From NCBI GenBank assembly GCA_021778335.1, contig JAJYCN010000001.1, forward strand, positions 891 through 64,890: a stretch of DNA of 64,000 bases, written 5' to 3'. Below the pieces are notes generated by a model. The model searched no databases and was not told the DNA's origin. It worked only from the letters and a program-made list of their open reading frames with translations. Origin of the DNA: Acidobacteriota bacterium. GTDB taxonomy: Bacteria > Acidobacteriota > Terriglobia > Bryobacterales > Bryobacteraceae. How positions within the stretch are numbered: the first letter of the stretch is position 1; each line of letters opens with the position of its first letter. The position numbers and the translations under genes were made by a program. Shown here one piece after another: positions 29,574 through 37,465 of this stretch.

Positions 29574-29603
29574 TTTACAACGGACGAAGTTCGCCGGTAT
29601 GAT
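29574..29603 (+). promoter_or_regulatory. Candidate sigma-70-type promoter for the HU gene
   Basis: TTTACA (29574-29579), an 18-nt spacer, then TATGAT (29598-29603), about 118 nt upstream of ATG 29721. Confidence 0.3.
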
Positions 29604-29720
29604 TTAGTAGCAAAACACAACGGGGTGATTTTGTTTTAGGATCGCCTCGGGTGGGCGCTCGGACTCGCAAGCGTTGCGAATTGCCGGCGCGTTACTCAAG
29701 TCAGGACTAAGGAGAGCAAC

Positions 29721-30026
29721 ATGGCAGCTTCAACCAAGATGACCCAGTCGCAAGTCGTGAAGGAACTGGCGGAGACGACGGGCGTCCCCACCAAAGTGGC
29801 GAAGCACTTTGTGACGGCGTTCTCGGATATGGCCGTCCGCGAAACCAAGAAGAGCGGGATGTTCGTGATTCCCGGCATTGGCCGCCTGGTGCGCGTGGAG
29901 CGCAAGGCGCGCATGGGCCGGAATCCAGCGACCGGCGCGGCGATCAAGATCCCGGCGAAGAAGGTGGTCAAGTTCCGGGTGGCCAAGGCGGTGAAGGACG
30001 CGATCGTTCCGCCGAAGAAGAAGTAA
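29721..30026 (+). CDS. hup: HU-family nucleoid-associated DNA-binding protein
   Basis: AAGGAGAG RBS. The arm motif RMGRNPATGAAIKIPAKKVVKFR is present, with a Lys-rich tail. Confidence 0.9.
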   Translation: MAASTKMTQSQVVKELAETTGVPTKVAKHFVTAFSDMAVRETKKSGMFVIPGIGRLVRVERKARMGRNPATGAAIKIPAKKVVKFRVAKAVKDAIVPPKKK

Positions 30027-30056
30027 GCGAGAGTGGGGGAAGACCGAAAATGAGAG

Positions 30057-30094
30057 AGGCCCCGGGGACTCGAGTCCGCGGGGCCTTCTTATTT
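30057..30094. terminator. Rho-independent terminator between hup and tatA (convergent)
   Basis: A near-perfect 15-bp palindrome, AGGCCCCGGGGACTC/GAGTCCGCGGGGCCT, followed by TCTTATTT. Confidence 0.55.
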
Positions 30095-30146
30095 GAGAAG
30101 TCGAACTAGAACCGGTCCAAGGACTTGCGGACCGTTTCGGGAAGCC

Positions 30147-30320
30147 CTAGGCCTGCTTCTTTTCGTCGACGCTGTTGTCTTCTGTCTTCAAGGCATCCTT
30201 GAAGCTTTTAATACCCTCACCCAAGCCCTTGGCAACCTCAGGGATTTTCTTGCCACCGAACAACAGCACGGCGACAACCAGGATTACCAGCAACTCAGGC
30301 AGGCCAATCGAACGCAGCAT
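30147..30320 (-). CDS. tatA: Twin-arginine translocase subunit TatA/E
   Basis: Start at ATG 30320, directly after AAGGAGG. The sequence [28 protein letters not shown] is canonical. Confidence 0.9.
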   Translation of the reverse strand: MLRSIGLPELLVILVVAVLLFGGKKIPEVAKGLGEGIKSFKDALKTEDNSVDEKKQA

Positions 30321-30370
30321 GAGGCCTCCTTTGCTATCCATTTCATTGTAGGTAGGCGTTCCGTCCGGCG

Positions 30371-30982
30371 TCAAGCCGGGTTTCGCGGCTCGGGCGCCCG
30401 GTGGCCGCCAAAGGAGCGTCGTAAGATTACGACGCAGAAGAAGAAAAGAGACGCCACGCTCAGGACAGCCGATGGCGGCTCGGGCGCCGGAGCCGCCTGG
30501 AAGGATCCGTAGGGCGCTGGAGGGAAGTACTGAAGGTCGAGCGGCCCCATTGTGGTCGAAAGAAGCGTGATCGGGCCATACGCAGGCCCCGCAAGCGGGC
30601 CGATCGGCGAAGAGAGGTCGTATTTGCTCAGGCTCGCGTTGGAAATGGCGAGGATGTCCACTGCCCCCACACCGAAACCTGCCGAATCAGCCGCCGGGTT
30701 GGCAAAAATGTAGGCCGAGCCGATCTCCAGCGGCACGGCCCCGGGTCCGGAGATTCCGATGGTGGCTGATCCGGGTACGAGCGACAGCCAATACTCCCCC
30801 CCGGCGGTGCGCACAATGTTGCTGGTGTCGCCGGCGCCGGTAAACGTGATGGCTTGTCCGGCGAACGAATCGTCGCCGAGCCAGCCGATTCCGTAGGCTT
30901 GAATCGTAAATGTCAGCTCGCCGGCGTGGGCGGAACACAGGGACAAAAGTACAGCGAGAATGACATGCGCCCTGGGTTTCAT
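30371..30982 (-). CDS. Secreted protein with a PEP-CTERM-like anchor
   Basis: Signal peptide [20 protein letters not shown]. The C-terminus is [26 protein letters not shown] (PEP, TM helix, basic residues). Confidence 0.65.
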   Translation of the reverse strand: MKPRAHVILAVLLSLCSAHAGELTFTIQAYGIGWLGDDSFAGQAITFTGAGDTSNIVRTAGGEYWLSLVPGSATIGISGPGAVPLEIGSAYIFANPAADSAGFGVGAVDILAISNASLSKYDLSSPIGPLAGPAYGPITLLSTTMGPLDLQYFPPAPYGSFQAAPAPEPPSAVLSVASLFFFCVVILRRSFGGHRAPEPRNPA

Positions 30983-31038
30983 CGTCCCTGGCCCGGCGGT
31001 GGGCCCGTTATAGTAGTGGGAACCGGGAGGAAACTTCT

Positions 31039-31188
31039 GTGCCGTCTAAGACCGAAAAATTCGACCAGGGGAGCGAGGTGAGGAAGCTGGCGCGCGAGCG
31101 CGTTGGCCCGGTGAAGCCGTCACGTCCCATCCCGGAGAAAACGAAACGGCGCAAGGCGAAGCACAAGAAGCAGGAAAACGCCGAATAG
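31039..31188 (+). CDS. Candidate small basic protein (49 aa), absent from the >=60 aa ORF track
   Basis: Hand translation: GTG 31039 lies 8 nt after GGGAGG and encodes VPSKTEKFDQGSEVRKLARERVGPVKPSRPIPEKTKRRKAKHKKQENAE, ending at TAG 31186-31188. Confidence 0.4.
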   Translation: MPSKTEKFDQGSEVRKLARERVGPVKPSRPIPEKTKRRKAKHKKQENAE

Positions 31189-31195
31189 CCTGCGC

Positions 31196-31903
31196 TCAGC
31201 GCTGGAAGGCCGCTCCGATGAGCCGGAACACCAGCGGAATGAACCAGGCCGGCGAGATGACGAGAAACGCTTTCCCTTTTGGCGTTTTCGCCAGCGCGGC
31301 TAGGCTGAGCCCAAGCATGATGATGTACCAGACCTCAAACAGCGAAAAGAAGTTCAGTAAAGCATAAGGGATTCCCTTCAGACTGTCGAAAAAGATATCG
31401 AGACCGAACGGCGGTTGGAGTTGCTGAACGGACTCGATCTCGTCGCCTTTCAGCTTAATGACGGCATAACCGGCGATCACCTGCAGGACAGTGATGATTG
31501 AGCAGGCGCTGAGAAGGGAGAAAATACTTGAAAACCCGATCTTGACGCCCATCATCGAGCACGCGATGCCAACGAGCCATGCAGAGAGCAGCAGAATCCC
31601 CACAATGAGAACGGGGCTTGCGATGGAAAAGCCGTACGTGGCGGCTCTTATCGCCGGCAGGGCGTTTGCAAACTGCTCGCGCGACAGGTTTGGTGGAGGG
31701 TTCAACTCCATCACCCGGAGAGTCACCGGGACGAGCGCGAGGCTCACCACCAGTACAGCGATACACAGCAAGGCGAGGGGAAAAATCCAGAACCCTTTCT
31801 TGGAGGCGCACCTGGCTACACCTCCCGGATCGACCAGGGCGTTGAAAGTGCCCGAAACGGATTCGCCGAACGTGGCCCGTTCGACCTGGGTTGCTTCAGT
31901 CAT
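31196..31903 (-). CDS. Yip1-domain-like polytopic membrane protein
   Basis: 235 aa with a short soluble N-terminus and then about five TM helices. The family call is tentative. Confidence 0.5.
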   Translation of the reverse strand: MTEATQVERATFGESVSGTFNALVDPGGVARCASKKGFWIFPLALLCIAVLVVSLALVPVTLRVMELNPPPNLSREQFANALPAIRAATYGFSIASPVLIVGILLLSAWLVGIACSMMGVKIGFSSIFSLLSACSIITVLQVIAGYAVIKLKGDEIESVQQLQPPFGLDIFFDSLKGIPYALLNFFSLFEVWYIIMLGLSLAALAKTPKGKAFLVISPAWFIPLVFRLIGAAFQR

Positions 31904-32080
31904 GGTGCTGCTCCCTTCTTCGGGTGCGGAGCAAGAGAAAAACGTGCTGCGTGCGCCGCTGAGCCGAATTACCCTACCCTCCGTGGAATTATAGCGCCGG
32001 TTCTGATTCCTGCAAGGGAATTTCGCCTGGATTCCGCGTGGAGCCGGATATGGATTCGGGCTGGCGGTATCTTGAGAGGG

Positions 32081-32245
32081 ATGGTTTCAGGCCGTGAAAA
32101 GTTCAAGTTGGGGATTGCCGCCTATGCGGTCTTGGCCGCCTTGGCCGGGCTGACGCTGCGGGGTCCGTTCCGGATTGCGGTCCTGATCCTCCTCGCCGGT
32201 CTCGCGGCAAAAACGTGGATCGGCATCCTGCGGGATGGCTCCTAG
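32081..32245 (+). CDS. Candidate small membrane protein (54 aa, two TM helices)
   Basis: Hand translation: MVSGREKFKLGIAAYAVLAALAGLTLRGPFRIAVLILLAGLAAKTWIGILRDGS. The purine-rich GAGAGGG abuts the ATG. Confidence 0.35.
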   Translation: MVSGREKFKLGIAAYAVLAALAGLTLRGPFRIAVLILLAGLAAKTWIGILRDGS

Positions 32246-32357
32246 GAGCACCCGCCGCATTCCATTTTGAAACGTCCGTGCCTGCCTGAACCCACTCCCC
32301 TTCCAGTTCGGAACACCGGAGCGGCCCGAGAAAGAGCCTTAGCCGTGATTTCAGTTA

Positions 32358-32375
32358 CTTAAGGGTCACCTTAAG
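32358..32375. promoter_or_regulatory. 7-bp inverted repeat CTTAAGG-GTCA-CCTTAAG upstream of the FliA-type sigma gene
   Basis: Read directly; it lies 73 nt upstream of ATG 32448. Confidence 0.3.
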
Positions 32376-32447
32376 GTGGTTGAGCTCGTGCATTCCTGTC
32401 TAGCGCCGCCGTGAAAAGCGGACGAAAAGGAAAAGAAGCATCGGGCG

Positions 32448-33197
32448 ATGAAAACACGGCCAACGGCATCGGCGAAGAAACGGGCAGACCGGGATCAGGT
32501 GATTTTGGAACACTTGCCCCTGGTTCGGGTGATAGCGGTGCGGGTTCACGCGAACCTGCCTGTGTATGTTGAGCTCGAAGACCTGGTGCACGCCGGCGTG
32601 CTGGGTTTGATTGACGCCGTGGCGAAATACAACCCAAACAAGGAAGTGGCTTTTTCCAGCTACGCCAAACATCGGATCAAGGGGGCGATTCTCGACAGCC
32701 TTCGGCAGCTCGACTGGGCCTCGCGCGATCTCCGCCGGCGGCAGCGGCAGGCCGACGTAGCGGCGCATGAGCTGACGGCGGAATTGAAGCGCCTTCCTAC
32801 CGAAGAAGAACTCGCCTCGCGGATGGGAATTGAAGTGGAGCACTGGCGCCGGCTGGCGGTTGAGATGCACAACTCGGGCGTCATTTCGGCCTCTTCGCGC
32901 ATGGTGGACCAGGAGGACCTGCCTGCGCCGGACTTTCCGGCAAAACCCGACACCCGGCCGGACACGATCTGCGTTCGCTCCCAGATGCGGTCCGTTCTCA
33001 CCACCGCCATCAAAACCTTGCCGGAGCGGTACCAGAGGGTCGTGATGCTGTACTACAGCGGAGAGATGACGATGAAGGAAATCGGCGGTCTGATGGGGAT
33101 AAACGAGAGCCGCGTCTCGCAGATTCACAAAGCGGCGCTGGAACGAATGGCGGCCGCGCTCGAGCAGAGCGGGATTCGCTCGTCGCAGGAGTTCTGA
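32448..33197 (+). CDS. fliA: FliA/WhiG-family (sigma-28-type) RNA polymerase sigma factor
   Basis: Region 2 (DLVHAGVLGLIDAVAKYNP...FSSYAKHRIKGAILD) and region 4 (MTMKEIGGLMGINESRVSQIHKAAL). Confidence 0.8.
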   Translation: MKTRPTASAKKRADRDQVILEHLPLVRVIAVRVHANLPVYVELEDLVHAGVLGLIDAVAKYNPNKEVAFSSYAKHRIKGAILDSLRQLDWASRDLRRRQRQADVAAHELTAELKRLPTEEELASRMGIEVEHWRRLAVEMHNSGVISASSRMVDQEDLPAPDFPAKPDTRPDTICVRSQMRSVLTTAIKTLPERYQRVVMLYYSGEMTMKEIGGLMGINESRVSQIHKAALERMAAALEQSGIRSSQEF

Positions 33198-33222
33198 TTG
33201 AATGGTGTAATCGCCAGGACGC

Positions 33223-35010
33223 TCAGTGAACCTCGATCCAGTAAGGCATCAAGTCCAGGAGGCCGCCGCCGAGCAAGAGCCTCGCTGTCGGAGCGAAGGC
33301 GCGCACATCGGCGGGCAACAGAGCCAGCGGGTCGGCCTGCGGCGCCCAGAGCGAGAGCAAATGGCCGCGAATCGAATCGATGGCCGGAGACTCCTGCTCG
33401 CCGCGGCTCATCAGAAGATCTAAAAGAGAGCGTTTCCGCGGGTAGGAGACGAGCGTAATCGCTGCTGAGGAGGGGATGCCCGCTCGCCGTTTGACGAGAT
33501 CGATGGCCGCGTCCAACCCTCCCATCTCATTCACCAGGCCGTGATCGCGCGCCTGCGTTCCCAGCCACACCCGGCCCTGGGCGAGCGGTTCGATGTCTGC
33601 GGTTGTCAGCTTGCGACCTTCGGCGACGCGCTTCAGGAAGCTTTGGTAGAAACTGTCGATCTGGGAAGCGATCTTGTTCTGCTCATCCGGGGTCAGCGGA
33701 TTGTAGCCGGAATCAAGGCCCGCATACCGGCCGCGAGACAGGGAGTCCCGCTTGATGCCGAGTTTGTCGTAGAGGCCGCGCATGCTGAAGCGTGTGTAGA
33801 TGACGCCGATCGAGCCGGTGAGCGTGTTCGGGTAGGCGACAATCGGGTCGCCTGTCATGGAGATGAAGTAGCCCCCGGAGGCGGCATAATCGCTCATCGA
33901 AATAACAACCGGCTTCTTCCGGCTCAGGGCTCGGGCCGCCTGAAGGATGTCGTCGGAGGCGACGCCATCCCCGCCTGGCGAGTCCACACGCAACACGACA
34001 CCTTGAATGCCAGGATCCGAGGCGACGTCCCGCAGCACGCGCGTGAAACTCCGGGAAGCAATCAAACCGTCGGAGAAATCGTTCTGGCTACCCCCGCGCA
34101 CGATCATTCCTTCGGCCGAGACTAAGGCGATCCGCTTCGGGCCTTCGACGCCCGGCACGGTCGACGCCGGAATCTTTGCGTACACTCTTCCACTCGCCAG
34201 GCGCAAGGACGTCTGACGAAGCCTTGCGGCGAGGTCGTGTTCGAGCGCGTCTTCGAATCCGAGCTGGTCAACCAGTCCGTCAGCCAGGGCCTGGCCGGCG
34301 GGCAATGGCCCCTCGTCCACCATCTTGCGGACTTCTTCTACGCTCTTGTGGCGCGATGTAGAGATGACGTTGAGCAGATCGCCGTAGTATTGGTCGAGGA
34401 CCGCGGTGAGGACTTCACGTGTCTCCGGGCTCATGGAGGTACGCGTAAACATATCGCCGGCGTCTTTGTATTTGCCCGCGTGAATGACTTCGGCCTTGAC
34501 GCCGACCTTGTCCAGCGTATCCTTGAGATAAAGCGTCTCGACCTGGAGGCCTTTCACGTCCAGCGAGTCGAGCGGCGTCAGGTAGATGCGGTCCGCCAGG
34601 CTCGCGACATAGTATTCGCGGGCGCCGGGATTCCGCAAGAAAGCATAGAGCGGCTTGCCCGACTTGCGAAATCGATCGAGTTCGAGCCGGAGCTCCTGGA
34701 GCTTCGCCCATCCGACCGTCAGACCGCGAGGTTCGAAGACGACGGCGCGGACGCGAGGGTCGGCGGCGGCCTTTCGAAGCGTCAGCCAGACGTCGGGGAG
34801 CGTCATCGGGCTCTGCGCTTCGAGAAACGCCAGCGGGATCTCGGGCGGCGCTTTCTCAGGGAGGTCGCCGCTCAGACGCAAGATGAGCGTGGAGCCGCTC
34901 TGGATCGATGGGGCCGTGCCCGCCAGACGCGCAATGGCGAACACGCCGATGAAAAGTACCAGGGCGCACAGCACCAGCCCTGTCAGGATACCGAGCAAGT
35001 AGTTTTTCAA
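33223..35010 (-). CDS. sppA: Signal peptide peptidase SppA, 67K type
   Basis: 595 aa with an N-terminal TM helix and duplicated S49 domains. The catalytic region is DYAASGGYF. Confidence 0.88.
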   Translation of the reverse strand: MKNYLLGILTGLVLCALVLFIGVFAIARLAGTAPSIQSGSTLILRLSGDLPEKAPPEIPLAFLEAQSPMTLPDVWLTLRKAAADPRVRAVVFEPRGLTVGWAKLQELRLELDRFRKSGKPLYAFLRNPGAREYYVASLADRIYLTPLDSLDVKGLQVETLYLKDTLDKVGVKAEVIHAGKYKDAGDMFTRTSMSPETREVLTAVLDQYYGDLLNVISTSRHKSVEEVRKMVDEGPLPAGQALADGLVDQLGFEDALEHDLAARLRQTSLRLASGRVYAKIPASTVPGVEGPKRIALVSAEGMIVRGGSQNDFSDGLIASRSFTRVLRDVASDPGIQGVVLRVDSPGGDGVASDDILQAARALSRKKPVVISMSDYAASGGYFISMTGDPIVAYPNTLTGSIGVIYTRFSMRGLYDKLGIKRDSLSRGRYAGLDSGYNPLTPDEQNKIASQIDSFYQSFLKRVAEGRKLTTADIEPLAQGRVWLGTQARDHGLVNEMGGLDAAIDLVKRRAGIPSSAAITLVSYPRKRSLLDLLMSRGEQESPAIDSIRGHLLSLWAPQADPLALLPADVRAFAPTARLLLGGGLLDLMPYWIEVH

Positions 35011-35089
35011 GACAAGCCCTTTGCCCGTATTATGACTGGAGCTTCAGAGAAAATCATCCTGGCGGGAGGCGAGTGACAGAGATCGGGAG

Positions 35090-35755
35090 CTAGACCGGGG
35101 CCGCGATCTGAATAATCTTCTTTTGAATCGCGTACTGGACCAACTGGGCCTTGTTGTGAATGTCGAGCTTTCGCATGAGGTTGAACTTGTGCGCCTCGAT
35201 GGTTTTGACGCTCAGGTTCAGGTCGCAGGCGATCTCCTTCACCGATTTGCCCTCGGCGAGAAATTTGATGACTTCCCTTTCGCGCGGCGTGAGGCTGGCC
35301 AGACGCGAGCGGGGCGCAGCGGAGCGGATATGATTGCGGAATCCGTCCACGAGCTGCGAGAGCATGCGAGGGCTGACGTAATTCCCGCCGCGAGCCACAT
35401 CTCGGACCGCGCCGGCGAGCTGACTTGCCGGGCTGTCCTTGAGGATATAGCCGCTGGCGCCTACTTCCATCGCCTCGACGAGATAGTCTTCGTCGTCGTA
35501 CATCGTAAGGAAGATGATGCGCGTTTCCGGATGTGCACGGCGAATCTGCCGTGTGGCCTCGAAGCTGCTCAGGCCGTTCATGCCGATGTCAAAGAGCACC
35601 ACATCGGGGTGTGCCTGCGTGGTGAGGGCAATCGCCTCGGAGGCGCTGGACGCCTCGCCCAGCACTTCCATATCCGGTTCTGCTGACAGCAGATTCCGGA
35701 TCCCCTGGCGGAAGAGTGTGTGGTCATCCGCAAGCACGATTCGAATCTTCGACAT
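35090..35755 (-). CDS. NarL/LuxR-family response regulator
   Basis: REC domain (IRIVLADDH...VVLFDIGMNG) plus a LuxR HTH (LTPREREVIKFLAEGKSVKEIA). Confidence 0.9.
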   Translation of the reverse strand: MSKIRIVLADDHTLFRQGIRNLLSAEPDMEVLGEASSASEAIALTTQAHPDVVLFDIGMNGLSSFEATRQIRRAHPETRIIFLTMYDDEDYLVEAMEVGASGYILKDSPASQLAGAVRDVARGGNYVSPRMLSQLVDGFRNHIRSAAPRSRLASLTPREREVIKFLAEGKSVKEIACDLNLSVKTIEAHKFNLMRKLDIHNKAQLVQYAIQKKIIQIAAPV

Positions 35756-37382
35756 GAGACTTCCCTTCTGGTGGATTTGAGCGGGTACCCTCGGTGACGA
35801 TGTTTAGCGCCTGAACGCTGTCGTCCGCCATGGGGACCGTAATGCGGAGCGTGGTTCCCTGGCCCGCTTTGCGGCGTGTCCCGGGCCGGCGAGAGTCGAT
35901 GCTGAACTGGCCGCCGAGCAGCATCACCCGCTCACGCATGCCTGCCAAGCCGAACGAGCCGCCTCGGTGAAACGCCTCGTTTGAGTCGAACCCTACGCCG
36001 TTGTCCTCCACGATCACCCTGACCGACTCATCGGCAAGTTCCACCGAAAGGTTTACAGCGGTCGCCTGTGAGTGCCGGGCGATGTTGTTACAGCACTCCT
36101 GAAGAATGCGGTAGACGGTGATCTCGACTTCCTGCCGCAGGCGGCCGAGGCGGGCGGAGCGAAGCCGGACGCGTCCGGGGAAAACATCGCGGAAGCGCTG
36201 GACGAGTTGGCGGAGCGCGGCTTCGAGCCCCATCTGCGAAAGCAACGACGGGCTGAGGGCGGCGATGAGCCGCCGGGTTTCGAGAATGGCGCGTTCAGTT
36301 AGCTGCCTGGTCTCGGCGATCCCGGCGCGCAAGCCGGGGTCCCGGGCGGCTTCCGCCGCCGCTTCCAGAATTTCCAACCGCAGGCGGATGCACAGCAGGG
36401 ACTGGCCGGCTTCGTCATGCAGATCCCGGCTGATTCTGCGCCGCTCCGCCTCCTCCACCTGAATCATCCGTCGTGCGAGCCGGCGTACCTGCTCCTCGCT
36501 TTGCGCCAGATTTTCCGTCAGCCGGAGCTTGTCGAGAGAGAGGACACAACGCTCGGCTGCTGCCTTTAGCAGTTCCCGCTCCCGAGGGAGGCTGCCGTAA
36601 ACCTTCTTGAAGCGGAATTGCGCGACGCCCCGCGGCGCGGTAGCACCCGGCAGAGGCAAGGACCATACGCTGCCCGAGCCGTCCGCCCAGTCCGGTTCAA
36701 TCACGCACTCTCTGGCGTCGCCGGGAGAAAAATCGAGGAACGAGGACAACTGCCCGGCACGGGCGGCACTCACCTGGAATGAGCCGTGCGCGGGTCCATC
36801 CGTCGCAGCCTGCAGCACCCAGCCGCCCGGATCCCCGACGCCAGCCAAGTAGAGCCTGGCGGCGCCAGTACGGCAGTAGCGTGCGAGCGTGGCCAGGTAG
36901 CGCTCCAGCAGGTCCCGGGCGCCTCGGGCCGCCAGTTCATCCTGAGACAGGTCCAGAAGCGTCTGCGCCTCAGCCTCGCGGACCTGATAGGCCGCATCGT
37001 TGAGCACGATGCAGGTGCGGAAATGAAGCTGGTCCGCGGCCGCGCGCATCCTGGCGGCTACGGAGGGCGCGAGCGAGCGCAGCAACGGAGCAATCAACCG
37101 ATGGTATTCGAGCAACGTGGCGCCGGCGCGGTCCGGAGGGATCTGCAACTTGGCCAGCCGGCGGCCGTTGTACTCAACCTGCTCGAGAAAGTCCTCAAGT
37201 CGTCTGCCGGCAGCCAGCATCCCGGCCGCGGCGCCGATGGTCATCCGCGACAGCGAGGCAGTGGAGAGGGGATCGTACCCACTCCGGCGCAGCATCCCTT
37301 CATACAGCCGGTCGAACCGCGCATTTTCCCGCTGAAGCCACTTCGCGAAACTTGTGACGGGATCGTTTTTTTGAACTGCCAT
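35724..37382 (-). CDS. Cytoplasmic sensor histidine kinase (HisKA_3 + HATPase_c)
   Basis: H-box ISRDLHDEAGQSL and an ATPase domain (NNIARHS...DNGVGF). No TM segment is seen. The 3' end overlaps the RR start by 32 nt. Confidence 0.85.
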   Translation of the reverse strand: MAVQKNDPVTSFAKWLQRENARFDRLYEGMLRRSGYDPLSTASLSRMTIGAAAGMLAAGRRLEDFLEQVEYNGRRLAKLQIPPDRAGATLLEYHRLIAPLLRSLAPSVAARMRAAADQLHFRTCIVLNDAAYQVREAEAQTLLDLSQDELAARGARDLLERYLATLARYCRTGAARLYLAGVGDPGGWVLQAATDGPAHGSFQVSAARAGQLSSFLDFSPGDARECVIEPDWADGSGSVWSLPLPGATAPRGVAQFRFKKVYGSLPRERELLKAAAERCVLSLDKLRLTENLAQSEEQVRRLARRMIQVEEAERRRISRDLHDEAGQSLLCIRLRLEILEAAAEAARDPGLRAGIAETRQLTERAILETRRLIAALSPSLLSQMGLEAALRQLVQRFRDVFPGRVRLRSARLGRLRQEVEITVYRILQECCNNIARHSQATAVNLSVELADESVRVIVEDNGVGFDSNEAFHRGGSFGLAGMRERVMLLGGQFSIDSRRPGTRRKAGQGTTLRITVPMADDSVQALNIVTEGTRSNPPEGKSHVEDSNRACG

Positions 37383-37422
37383 GGCCGAAACCGCTGTCTA
37401 AGGTGGTTATCGGCGGAATCCC

Positions 37423-37458
37423 TGTGGACATGAGAGCGTCCACACGAAAAGCGTGGAC
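37423..37458. promoter_or_regulatory. GTGGAC/GTCCAC/GTGGAC triple hexamer array between the prolyl oligopeptidase stop and the HK start
   Basis: TGTGGAC (37423-29) and GTCCACA (37438-44) form a 7-bp inverted repeat. A third GTGGAC lies at 37453-58. Confidence 0.3.
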
Positions 37459-37465
37459 CAGCCTA

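Noticed and set aside
27578-29620. 680-aa minus-strand ORF
   Set aside because: It runs antisense to recA and overlaps the 2Fe-2S subunit gene. The composition is Arg/Pro/Ala-rich with no recognisable motif. This is a typical high-GC shadow ORF.
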